A stretch of DNA of 64,000 bases from Amphiscolops sp. MND2022 (lineage: Eukaryota): assembly GCA_964187785.1 (NCBI GenBank), contig OZ076409.1, forward strand, positions 51,648,001 to 51,712,000. The letters run 5' to 3'. Below the pieces are notes generated by a model that worked only from the letters and a program-made list of their open reading frames with translations, searched no databases and had not been told where the DNA came from. A program made the position numbers and the translations under genes. This document shows, piece after piece, positions 37,801-48,608 of the stretch (position 1 is the first letter of the stretch; every line of letters starts with the position of its first letter).

Positions 37801-38980
37801 CGACTCGGGATATAAAACTACCCGGAATTTCCCTCAATTCAACTACTAACAGAGAGGATGAACAAGACAAAAATTCGCAATCGAAACTACTCAAATACAA
37901 CAATACTCACGAGCAACAAAAGGCTCCACTGTCCGACTCTCCAATTCAGAAGCCACAATCTCTCCCAATCTAGCAGCCTGCTGTGGCGTACAAGGCAAGG
38001 ATGCATCAGGAACAGCCTCTTCATCAGACGTCTCAAGCTGGAAATCACTCCGCTGCAGTACTGTTCCACTCTTGTCCACCCGACGTTGTTTAGAAGTCGA
38101 CTGGACCATCGCATCATCACTGGGTGACACCACAGTAACTATAAACACAACACCCAAAGCCCAATTACAAAGAACGTCAACATGACACAACCCCACCCAA
38201 ATACACATACACCATAAATACTATCAATCTACACACAAGAACTTACCATGTTTAATGACAGGCGATGCAGTCTGACTCCCAAATGTTGGCTCAAACCCAG
38301 GCAAATATGCAGTAAATCGTGGGGAAGGCGTTTGTTGGGCACTGCGGGAATTTCCCCCTCTCCAGTTTTTCCCGGCCGGGGGGAGGAGCCTCACCTACGT
38401 GAGTCGGAGGGGTACAGACACCGACAACAGGAGACTCTGGTGTTGGCAGCCTCGCTGTTTCTTCAGGAGCCCCAGTAACTTTATCCTCGACTCTGCCAGA
38501 AACCAATTTAGACAAAGGGACATCAAGATCAGCTTGCGGTGACGCAGGCGGATTGAGCATCCCAGAAACAGTCTCCAAAGGAACAATCGTACCACTCTCT
38601 AGGGGTATAACCCCAACGGAAGAAAGATCAGCTGGTAGCGGAGCAGTTTCAAGACCAGAAAGAGTGTGAAGGGAGGCAGGAGTGACGTGAACAGCACCCT
38701 CTAGGGAAGAAACAAGAGCCGATCCTGGCACTAAAACGAAATCCCACATTCGACGCGTCAGAAAAACTAAGCTATGAAAATACAAAACAGAAAAGGCCTA
38801 TCTGTCAAAAGTATATTTCATGGAAGCTTAAAGGAAAGTAGGGATAGCAAACCAACCAGGTGCCGGCCGGACAATTCGATTATCACTCTCACTGTCACGA
38901 ACATCTCCTTCCGAAAATGCAAACTGCGTCTCGTTGCCACTCACAGCTCCTGGATCAATACGACCACGGGACGTAGACAT
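34865..38980 (-). pseudogene. Antisense 7-exon cargo gene of copy B (~1120 aa, degenerate hAT-transposase-like); exons 38980-38857, 38730-38247, 38138-37911, 37725-37130, 36984-36365, 36239-36158, 36090-34865
   Basis: All introns are GT-AG with phases matching copy C. Three lesions: frameshift near 38360, TAG at 37514, and a 1-nt deletion near 36803. Confidence 0.88.
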
Positions 38981-38999
38981 TGCAAAGCGATGAATCTGA

Positions 39000-39420
39000 A
39001 AAGTCAGAGGTGAAAACAACAACCGAAAATTTGATGTCATCAAAACGGTGACAAAACATAAAGTTGTCTAATAACCAACGAAAATGGCGTCGACATAACG
39101 TCGACAAAAAAGGTTATCAGGATTAGGAAATTAATCCCATTTCCTAAAATGACGTCATCAAAACGGTGACAAAATCAGAAGTTAGCTAAGCTAACAAAAT
39201 GACTTCAGCATAACGTTGACAAATTTGACTAAACGAATTATTTTAATTTGCAGCCAATAAAAACTCGACGTCGTCATAGCGACAATAATAAAGACTGAAA
39301 ACGATTAAAATGATTGTTTAACCAATCAGAATAGAGGGATTTATCCCAATATTCGCCTTAATCCCTAATAATCCTAAATTCATTGTGGAACAATCAAAAC
39401 GAAGAAATCAGCTGATAAAG
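39000..39420. promoter_or_regulatory. Putative bidirectional promoter between the antisense gene and ORF3
   Basis: Head-to-head ORFs; TGACGTCA and GACGTC palindromes, CCAAT boxes (~39254, ~39322) and an internal duplication; motifs conserved in copy C. Confidence 0.6.
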
Positions 39421-39427
39421 AAAGAAG

Positions 39428-40186
39428 ATGAGCAATCTCCTTGACATTTATGAATTAATCGACATATCCTCGTCAAGTGAGGAAGAAGGTGAAATTGAAA
39501 GGGGATCCACCCCGCTACCAAGAGACAGTCAGGTGAACCCCAGGATAATATTTGAAATTCCCCACTCGTCAGCAGAGGCGACGGCAGACGATGGAGAATA
39601 CCTCGATTTGTCATTAGACTCACTGGAAACTGACTGTAAAAGAATGAAGCTGAGCGATTCTTATACCAGCTTCGAATCGGTGGAATCTGGGGAGTATCCT
39701 CATTCAACTGACTCTGGAGAAGCACCAGCCGACTCTCCTGAAAGCCTTGATGAACAAGAAAAGGGGGAAGATAACAGCAGCCTAAGTTCCGGAGTGTTCG
39801 TTGTGGAAAGACATTATGCTCACAGCTCTAAATCAGTAACGAGCACGAACGTTGCGGACTATTTAGAACATGTTGTCCGAGAAGATGCAAGTTCTTTTTT
39901 CGTCACTCCTCCGGGACCATTAAGAAGGGTCAATCTTCGATTGATAAGCCCACTGAACGACCTAGAAGAAAAAGGGACAGCAGCAACAAGTTCTAAAAGG
40001 AATAACAACTACAAACAGTTCCAGCATCAGCCGTTCCAGTTCTGCCAACCCGGGAGAGCCTTTCGCCCCATGACAGTGGCCCTGTCACAGTCCGCTCCCG
40101 GACTGGTTTGCGGCTGCAGACGAGTAGGATACGGACGTGGGCACGGCTGTACAGCAAAATTGGCAAACAGGTATTTCAGATACTGA
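39428..40186 (+). CDS. ORF3: 252-aa acidic, Ser-rich protein with a CGC..GxGRGHGC tail encoded by the first 104 nt of the 3' LTR
   Basis: Intact; colinear homolog at 59022..59753 in copy C. Confidence 0.85.
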   Translation: MSNLLDIYELIDISSSSEEEGEIERGSTPLPRDSQVNPRIIFEIPHSSAEATADDGEYLDLSLDSLETDCKRMKLSDSYTSFESVESGEYPHSTDSGEAPADSPESLDEQEKGEDNSSLSSGVFVVERHYAHSSKSVTSTNVADYLEHVVREDASSFFVTPPGPLRRVNLRLISPLNDLEEKGTAATSSKRNNNYKQFQHQPFQFCQPGRAFRPMTVALSQSAPGLVCGCRRVGYGRGHGCTAKLANRYFRY

Positions 40187-42444
40187 CTCAAACTGTAGTT
40201 AATGATTAAAATAAACTGTGACTGAAAATGAAAATACGTCTAGTGTGCGCAAATCTAAAAATGAAAATGGAAACAGAGAAACACAGCCAAAATGATTTCA
40301 TACATTTCCGGCAGGACGTTCCCATAACGCTGAATTAAACATTTTCCACCTGAAAATTAAATTAAAAGATGTCTTAGGAAAAGATCATAGACTAAACTAA
40401 ACAAGAATACAGGCACAAATTATCTCCAAACAGAGTACATTAGCTGGATCTAAAATGGAAAAACACTTTGAAATATATAGAGAGATTACGCCTCGTCAAA
40501 ATAAGGCAATTTAATTGCGTTTGAACAGCAATTAAAGTGGTTTAGGACGCACGGATTGCGCAAAGCAAACAATACGGCAGTGAGAACTTGGCTACATGTA
40601 TATTTGTCGTCTATAGGGCGCAGACAAGTTTTGAAGGTATACTAAGTGACGTCACTGCCTCGTCTATGCATACCAAAATTCATTCCAATTATCCTCCTAT
40701 ATCACCCACTATGCTAGAAAATCAATCCGATTTACCGCCTGCGTGACGTCACAATACTCGTAACTAGCTGTTAACTTGTCTCAAAATATGCGTCAACGAT
40801 GCGGCAAACTTGGCAGAGTTCAGTATTGCCAAGAAAATGCGTCACAGTGACGACGACAAGTTTATGAAATTAGTTGGAAATAGGTAAATCTGTCAAAATA
40901 ACCGGTTTTATCCTCATGTTTAATTCGCAGTTTCATAAGGAAAATGATAATGGCTTTTCTTAATCCGCAATGCAGACGTTTCGTCAATGTTAAGCTATCT
41001 GAAATTTCACACTTAAAACATATCTGATATAGGTGTAGTATAAAATCCAGTTAGTGCGTTAGTTAGTCGTCATGCATTTTTTGACAATAGAGGAAACCTA
41101 CCCGGATATCTTTTAAATGAGATTTCACATGAAGTTAAGCAAAGGTCACAGTTTATACTCACGTTCAGTGCGGGTAAAATATATTTTGTACCCAGAAATG
41201 TATTTTCATAAGTTTGTACCTTTTACTTTCAATTTGGCAAATATGTACATGATAATTGTTGATGCAATCATTTTCTTATCTACGTTCCCCTAATGGGTTT
41301 GGAAAATGTTGTGCTGATGACGAAATTACAGTTGTGAAAGTGCTAATTGTTGTTATACTATTGGTTTTGTAAAATGTGACGCAATTGATGCGACAAACCA
41401 AGTTTTGTATCTGTTTTATTCTTTATTTTGTTGGAAATTCATGAATGTTAACTTTATTTCTATACTTGTGTTAATCGTCCAAAATATTCTCCGAGCATCG
41501 ATTAAATAATCCTAGTTTGGAATTTGTCATTGCATTTTTATCAAGTTGAAATTCAAAATCAGGTATTAGTTGTTCACGTCAGCGTCATCTCAGCGTCAAT
41601 TTCCCGCGAACCGAAGCAGCAAAACAGGGAATTATTTCCGGTTTGATAAACTGAAGTAATATCTACTTCCTGCTCGGGAGGAAGCAAAAGGACGCCGGAA
41701 TGAAATGATATGAATATGTGTGATGACTAATACTAAAAGTAGAACATCGTGTCTCAAATTTTGTCGAATTGTCGACGCACTTTTGGGATTTTGATGATTT
41801 TTTCACCGAAAAAACAGGAAATGACTAATCATTTTAAAGAATTTGGGAATATGTACGTGATCAAATGATGCTAGGAGGGTATATATAGGAAGTGCACATT
41901 TTTCTAAGGGACTCAGTCTTTTGCCAGTGCTACAACTTAGTTGTTTCAAACTTGCTGTTCTCAAACTATTCTCATCCTTCTAACCCTGTTGAAAATCAGA
42001 AAGTGAAAATTGAATTCTTCAAGAATAAATCTTTCTTCAACAACATGTCTACAACACGAAGCCAAAAGAGAAAGAATTCCCAGCGAGAAGCTGATGATAA
42101 TGTAAGTGAAGGCTTTGTATCGTCAATAAATACGGAAAATTCTCATCCTTTAGATCAAAACGTAGAATTAGCAGGTCCTTCGAGACCCAAGTCCCCAAGA
42201 GTAGAAAATAGTTTCTTGGAAAGCATAAGGCCCTCTCTGAAGGAGGAAATAACGTCCGAGATTAGGACTCTTTTGCTCGAGTCCCAAAAGGAAATGTTGA
42301 AACTCTTGAAATCTGAAACGAAAGAAAACGTAAGGGATCACGTATCAGAAGAGCTAGAAAATGAAACAAGAAGCTTCTATACTCCCACGAAAACAGTGCG
42401 AATTAATTCTACCCAAAACGAAGATCATAGCATAATTCGTAACA
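40083..42444 (+). repeat. Copy B 3' LTR (2362 bp)
   Basis: TGTCACAG...CGTAACA, followed by TSD TGGAC. Confidence 0.95.
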
Positions 42445-42449
42445 TGGAC

Positions 42450-43010
42450 CTCTACCCAAAAGCTTACCATTCCTACACTGCCATACCAAAAGAAACAACA
42501 CCAAACCAATGCGAACATGTGGTGGCGAAATTTGTCCAATACAAAAAATGACAAAAGACATCCACCTGTCAACTATGACGAACCGCAAGGAAATATTACC
42601 ACAATACCGTGATCAACTCGAAACAGAAATAAAAGACATTATCTTAACAATCTTTAGGCAATCGGACAGAATGCTATCACAGAGATGACAAAAACGGTCA
42701 GAGACAAATAATCGAGTTCTCTTCCACTATGTTAATTTTACACGCTGTCCTGTTTACACTTCACACCAGAAAAAAAGTACACCATAGCACGGCCGATTTC
42801 TTTGGCCTGAAGCGAGAAGACGGTGAATCCGCAACAGACGTCTGTAAAGAGATCTTAGAAGTAGTGAAGAATTCGAGACAATACCCGCGGCTGACCTCCT
42901 GGGACTAAAATTCCTCTCACTCATTAGCAAGTCTATCGGCGACTACGACCTGAAAAAAAATTAGAAAAAACGATCTGTCCATAGAAGCCATAACCGAAGC
43001 TAAATCACGG
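42450..43010 (+). pseudogene. Remainder of the degenerate gag interrupted by copy B
   Basis: Fragments NANMWWR, FVQYKK, EILPQYRDQLETEIKD, ADFFGLKREDGES and SKSIGDYDLKK in shifting frames. Confidence 0.55.
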
Positions 43011-44195
43011 TAAAGAATGACAAATCGCTAAAATATTGTTGGATCCACGTAAATTGAACGAAATTACTGTGAAATGAAAAGCTCAAATGCCAAATATGGG
43101 AGAATTGATCTCAATAATTTCAACCTTGAAGCGGCAGATGGTAGAATCATCCGCTGAGACAACCGAATTGATTAGACGGTGGAGAGAAATAGTAAAACAA
43201 GGTATTTACCGAAAGTCCGGGGAAGGTGGAAACGTTACCATGAACGAAAGTTCCGATGGAACGAAAGAAAAGATATCGAAGAACGACTACAACAGATAAT
43301 ACATGCCCCGTAACTAAGGAGAGCTACGACAACGGATCGGCTCACAACACAGAGGAGGCTTCCAACTTCAAAAAAGACGCGTAGAACAGTGGACAGTTAA
43401 CCCATTCTGGGAGATGGACCGACCAACTCCGGACCGAACAGGACAAAATCACAGACCGGGACCATCATCAGCACCAACAAACCAGGACAGCAACATACCG
43501 GTTGCCTTGGAAGTAATAGTAACAGTGGAGAAAAAGAGATTGATTCAGAAATCGATCAAGATCCCTCAGTACTCGAAGCGAAGGTGCTTAACTGGGTACG
43601 GAACGTTGGAGTGAAAAGTGCCCATTAAGTCAAATTGAGACACGCACCGAGAGTCGCAGCAGAGGATCCCAATGACTGCAATTTAGAATACGCTTCCCGC
43701 GAGACAGAGAAAAGTTTTTTAAACGGATTTAAAATATCTGATGACCGAAAAAAAACGACTCAACATTTTTAAATGAAGAAAAAAACACTGAATTTTGTTT
43801 ATTCAAGAAAAAACCAAGGCTTTCCTTATAAAAGGTCGTGTACAAGTTCTTAATAAAAAAATCTTATAACTCACACAGAAATTATGAACTATAATTAAAG
43901 ATGAAACTAGAGAAATTAAAGAAGGTTAAGAAACTGGTAGTCCGTCCAACATTTTTCTATCAAAGTCTGGTGTGCCAGTTTGATGTTTATATTTGTCATG
44001 GAAAAAGTCTTCGAATTTAATTTTGATTGTATCATATGTCCATTTCTTCCTCTTTATTCAGAAGGAAAACTGTTCCACAGGTGAACAATATTTTGAAAAA
44101 GCAGTTGCTCAAGTAACTGCTTTTAGCCTTTGAGTCATAAACCAAACGACTTGTCCTTTTGAGTACTTTAAGTTTTGCCGTTGTCATTATCTGAT

Positions 44196-44905
44196 TGTAA
44201 CGGCTGCTTGCCCTTTTCCTGCGCTGAGGCTTGACAAGCTTTACGCCGCCCTGATCCGTTGCTTAGTACTGTGGACCGTTACTAAACAAATCCTGGTTTT
44301 CTTGTTTTAAAGGACTGTATCTTTTAGCTTGATGGGTCCGATGTGACCCGTGGAATCTCCTGCGATCCCTCTTTGCACTGAATTGGATCCGATGTGATCC
44401 TGCACACACTTCCCTCACAGTATCTTCACGCGCTCCGGCTCTCCAACTATGAGAGTAGCTACTTAGTCGCTCTAACTCTAGCGAAAAGTTGTGAAGATTG
44501 AGAAGTAGATTAATTAGTCTCGCGGTCCTGAGACCCAACTTGACCATAGCTATACAGTGGAGAAAATCTCATAATAATTAATACATCAAATTTGGGTAAT
44601 TCATGGGGTCCGACCTAGGTCACTTTGGGTGTTAATTGCTCTGAACCCAGGGGCGATACGGGGTAGGGTGTTCAGAGTGAAAAGTTAGGGGAACACCACC
44701 ACTATATGTGTGCCAAGTTTCAAGGTTGTTGAATGAGTGGTTCGTCGGGACGGGGGGTGGTGTTTTATTGGGATGCCCCATTTCTGGTGAGACTTGTAAT
44801 TTTCAAACTAAAATCTTGACAAAATTTCTAAGAGTTTTGAGTTATAAGTTTCATCAGTCACGTTCGAATTTGAGTTTCTGATCTCGCAATTGACTGGCGC
44901 CAACA
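44196..44905 (-). repeat. BEL derivative 3' LTR
   Basis: Direct repeat of 47898-48608 with TG...CA ends. Confidence 0.95.
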
Positions 44906-47229
44906 TTGCCGGCCCTGTTTTTCTCCTGAAAAACACTTTCGTAGAACTTGGGTGCCAGTTTCACTACTTGTCTTTTGAGTTTTCCATCTTCAGTTCTCAC
45001 CAGCGCTGATCTCACTCGCCCATCGCTTCCATGATAGACTTCTAACACTCTAGCCATCTTGTAGCGAGCTCTTTTTACATTTTCATCTACTTTCCAAACC
45101 AAATCATTGACTTCTAGTTGTCTAACTTCTTCTTTATTCCATTTTCCAAATAATTCAAGTTGCATCATCATTTCTTCCCATGATACAGCCGGCCCTATGA
45201 AAGGCCCATTTTCCGAATTTGTTGTTGTTTGTGCTTTTGAAGAACCCAATTGCGTTTCCATTAGCGATATTTCATCTGCGAATTCATCTATCACAATCTT
45301 TGCATATAGGATGCCAGTTGTCAATTGAACACTTTCAACCATTCCATGTAATAGGTTTGAGGTGTGTTCAAACTTCCAAGCTTGTTTCTTCGGTCGCTTG
45401 CGGTGGCTTTTGCTCAACTGAGTTTTATCCATGCCGTTAGCCTGTGCCACCGCGTCCATCCCAGAGTTTCCATTACCAATCCGAGGGTTCCACTCATTGC
45501 TATTACTCGGGATAGTTTCTTCTACAAGGCTTACTTTGAAGTCAACATCAAATTTCTCTCCAAAGGTTGCAATCACGGTACGTGTTTCACATTTAGCATT
45601 GCATTCAACGGGTTTGTCATGTTTCGCTGCAACATGACATAGCTTTCGATACATTGCTTGTTCACTACAATCATCAAGCAGTGCAAATTGTTGCTCATGC
45701 ACAAATCCATAACTTTTGTCGAATTCAAAACATTTGTTTCCTTCTTCAAGAAGTAGAGTACTGTCATGAAGCATCGTCACTTCAAATATTTTCCCTTGCT
45801 GTACATCCTGTTGAACGGTGAAAACTTCTGCACTCTCTTGCAGCAGTTCACGTTGGACACTCGATTCTCCCAAAGTTTGCTTGCTAGATGCGAATGATGT
45901 TGGAGATTTTGAGTCTCTCCTAAGCGCGGAGAATTTTCCTTCGTGAACTAATTTCACTGCATTCTCTGATTTCAAATGAACTGATAGTGCAATATTGGAC
46001 TTAGCGCCGTCTTCGACTGTTTCTGTCTCAGCCATGCATCTTGAGTCTTCCGTGAAACTGTCGACTGATGAGACACTTGGGAAGCTAGTCCCCTGACTGC
46101 TCGACACTCCCGCTATTTCTCTTTCTTTTTCAGCTATTCTCGCTTTGCGGGCAAGCTGTTTATGCAAGTCAGCTATTTCCATTTGTATTGCTTCACGCTT
46201 CAGTTTCTCGAGTCGGGTTTGCAGTTCTTCTTGCTCTTTCTGAGCTTTTACTTTCAAATAAAGAACTCGTCTATCAATTGAACTTTTCGAAATCACTGAG
46301 CTTCTGTTGCTTCTGGTTTCAACCAGTTTTGGATGTTTGCCCAGTTCCTCTATTTCCAATTGTCCAGTCTCGCTTCTTTGGCCTTGGACTTCATCCGATT
46401 TCTGATCTTCCGCTTTCTCTAATGCTAGAGGAAACAGTCGATCTCCATTAGACCACTTCGTGCTAACTGTTGGTCTATTGTCCATCAGGATTGTTACGTC
46501 AGACACCTTACTGTTTTCTTCGAGTAGTGATGTCACATTGTTGATTGAGTTTTCCACTTCAGATATGCTGTCTCTCATACCACCGCAACTTTCTTGGTCC
46601 TTGGTCTTTCTTGACCGTGTCAGTGATTCCTTTTCACTGGCTGTTTTCTTTACACAATTAGGTTTTGCCTGATGGACACGTTTTTGCCTCAACTTTCTTG
46701 TGCGAGGGCATCTCATAGCTGAGTCTGCAGATGTTCCATTTGTCATCTGACTCAGTTTCAACTCTTTTGTCCCATCAATTGGACACTTCAACATTTGCTG
46801 CACATCGGGGAACCAATATCCCCAACTCGATTCCATTTTCGCAAAGAAATTGTCCCATTCAGTCACACTTCGACTGAGCTGTCTTTGCGTTTCTTCATTT
46901 GTAAGACTCAACATAAAGTCTACACAGAACAGCAATGCCTGTCTTCTCTCGCGGTATTCAATTACCCAATCAATCAAGTTTCTTTTGGATACAACAGCTG
47001 TTTCCTCATCGAGCTTGTCATCCAAGTCTTTTACTAACGTATGGATCTTTTCCACATGTAGGGGTACAGTATTCCAATAGAGGCTCCATGCGTACCAATC
47101 TGACACATTTTCCAACTCTTTTGGTCTGATTTCCATCAGTTGTTGGCTCTGCTTTGTGTTTCTTCCTTCAAACACATTTGTCATTCGAGGGTGCTGCATC
47201 ACTTGCCTTTCTTTCTTTTTGGCTTTCAT
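44854..47229 (-). CDS. 791-aa ORF: Gag-like helical/coiled-coil region fused to a BEL integrase C-terminal (DUF5641-like) tail; no PR, RT, RH or IN core
   Basis: KWNKEEVRQLEVNDLVW...MARVLEVYHGSDGRVRSALVRT..G.LKRQVVKLAP at the C-terminus; no YVDD or protease-context DS/TG motif. Confidence 0.8.
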   Translation of the reverse strand: MKAKKKERQVMQHPRMTNVFEGRNTKQSQQLMEIRPKELENVSDWYAWSLYWNTVPLHVEKIHTLVKDLDDKLDEETAVVSKRNLIDWVIEYRERRQALLFCVDFMLSLTNEETQRQLSRSVTEWDNFFAKMESSWGYWFPDVQQMLKCPIDGTKELKLSQMTNGTSADSAMRCPRTRKLRQKRVHQAKPNCVKKTASEKESLTRSRKTKDQESCGGMRDSISEVENSINNVTSLLEENSKVSDVTILMDNRPTVSTKWSNGDRLFPLALEKAEDQKSDEVQGQRSETGQLEIEELGKHPKLVETRSNRSSVISKSSIDRRVLYLKVKAQKEQEELQTRLEKLKREAIQMEIADLHKQLARKARIAEKEREIAGVSSSQGTSFPSVSSVDSFTEDSRCMAETETVEDGAKSNIALSVHLKSENAVKLVHEGKFSALRRDSKSPTSFASSKQTLGESSVQRELLQESAEVFTVQQDVQQGKIFEVTMLHDSTLLLEEGNKCFEFDKSYGFVHEQQFALLDDCSEQAMYRKLCHVAAKHDKPVECNAKCETRTVIATFGEKFDVDFKVSLVEETIPSNSNEWNPRIGNGNSGMDAVAQANGMDKTQLSKSHRKRPKKQAWKFEHTSNLLHGMVESVQLTTGILYAKIVIDEFADEISLMETQLGSSKAQTTTNSENGPFIGPAVSWEEMMMQLELFGKWNKEEVRQLEVNDLVWKVDENVKRARYKMARVLEVYHGSDGRVRSALVRTEDGKLKRQVVKLAPKFYESVFQEKNRAGNVGASQLRDQKLKFERD

Positions 47230-47574
47230 TTGTTCATATGACTCTTTTGTTCCACTGAGGGCTTTCGAACTTCACAATTGTTTCTTGTAGGTTTTGTCAC
47301 TTATCCCAACTTTGCAATTTCTCAGAAACAAAGTGTCAACTGCTCAATCCGGTAATCAATCGCCAATTCTTGAAGAATCAACCCAATACTGTCGATTATA
47401 CTTGCCTTCTTTGACGAACTTGATTTTTTCAGTGGATCGTGTCCCTCTGACTTGATCCCTTTGCTTTACCTGGTGGATTTACTTGCAATGACGTCTTACA
47501 CCAGATCTTTGCTTCAATCAGGAATACGTTCCCAAAGAATACAATTCGTCTCAAAACTAGAAATGATGCACAAA

Positions 47575-47760
47575 TACCTCCAGAGTGCCGCTAAAGCCCA
47601 ACTCCCAGAGTACACAATAGTTCAATCTCCCAGAGACACAGTAGCCCAATCTCCCAGAGACACAGTAGCCCAATCTCCCAGAGTCACAATAGCCCAATCT
47701 CCCAGAGTCACAATAGCCCAATCTCCCAGAGTCACAATAGCCCAATCTCCCAGAGACACG
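47575..47760. repeat. 24-bp tandem repeat (~7 units) in the leader of the BEL derivative
   Basis: GCCCAATCTCCCAGAG(A/T)CACA(G/A)TA units; a second short array of GTTGTCCGGGTCGTCCACCA units lies at ~47830-47888. Confidence 0.9.
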
Positions 47761-47897
47761 AAATCAGATACTCCAAGACCCAGTTCTTGGGCAATCTTCT
47801 GTTGTCTACCAACGAGTCGTCTTCTTCTAGTCCGGGTCGTCCACCAACGAGTTGTCCGGGTCGTCCACCATTGAGTTGTCCGGGTCGGCGGACCAAA

Positions 47898-48608
47898 TGT
47901 AACGGCTGCTTGCCCTTATCCTGCGCTGAGGCTTGACAAGCTTTACGCCGCCCTGATCCGTTGCTTAGTACTGTGGACCGTTACTAAACAAATCCTGGTT
48001 TTCTTGTTTTAAAGGACTGTATCTTTTAGCTTGATGGGTCCGATGTGACCCGTGGAATCTCCTGCGATCCCTCTTTGCACTGAATTGGATCCGATGTGAT
48101 CCTGCACACACTTCCCTCACAGTATCTTCACGCGCTCCGGCTCTCCAACTATGAGAGTAGCTACTTAGTCGCTCTAACTCTAGCGAAAAGTTGTGAAGAT
48201 TGAGAAGTAGATTAATTAGTCTCGCGGTCCTGAGACCCAACTTGACTATAGCTATACAGTGGAGAAAATCTCATAATAATTAATACATCAAATTTGGGTA
48301 ATTCATGGGGTCCGACCTAGGTCACTTTGGGTGTTAATTGCTCTGAACCCAGGGGCGATACGGGGTAGGGTGTTCAGAGTGAAAAGTTAGGGGAACACCA
48401 CCACTATTTGTGTGCCAAGTTTCAAGGTTGTTGAATGAGTGGTTCGTCGGGACGGGGGGGTGGTGTTTTATTGGGATGCCCCATTTCTGGTGAGACTTGT
48501 AATTTTCAAACTAAAATCTTGACAAAATTTCTAAGAGTTTTGAGTTATAAGTTTCATCAGTCACGTTCGAATTTGAGTTTCTGATCTCGCAATTGACTGG
48601 CGCCAACA
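47898..48608 (-). repeat. BEL derivative 5' LTR
   Basis: Direct repeat of 44196-44905, followed by the PBS on the minus strand. Confidence 0.95.

Larger units (their letters stand above)
24376..42444 (+). mobile_element. Gypsy copy B: full-length element (~16.2 kb net of the solo-LTR insert) with gag, pol, an antisense spliced gene and sense ORF3
   Basis: 5-bp TSD TGGAC (24371-24375 and 42445-42449), TG...CA LTRs, PBS and PR-RT-RH-IN domain order. Confidence 0.96.
44196..48608 (-). mobile_element. Young non-autonomous BEL/Pao-derived LTR element (4413 bp)
   Basis: TSD CTGAT (44191-44195 and 48609-48613), LTRs of 710/711 bp with about four differences seen, PBS TGGTCCGCCGA at 47895 and a purine-rich tract before the 3' LTR. 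Confidence 0.93.

Noticed and set aside
34700..39100. Antisense gene as an independent hAT transposon inserted into copy B
   Set aside because: I found no TIRs or 8-bp TSD, catalytic motifs are degenerate, and the gene has the same position and orientation in diverged copy C.
34865..40186. Post-pol region as an env gene
   Set aside because: No sense ORF with a signal peptide or transmembrane anchor; ORF3 is acidic and hydrophilic, and the long gene is antisense.
44263..44547. 94-aa ORF repeated at 47965..48240
   Set aside because: Lies wholly within the BEL-derivative LTRs; the duplication reflects LTR identity, and the ATG is not retained in both copies.
47452..47874. ORF with (AQSPRVTI)n repeats
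   Set aside because: A by-product of a 24-bp tandem repeat on the antisense strand of the element leader; non-ATG start.
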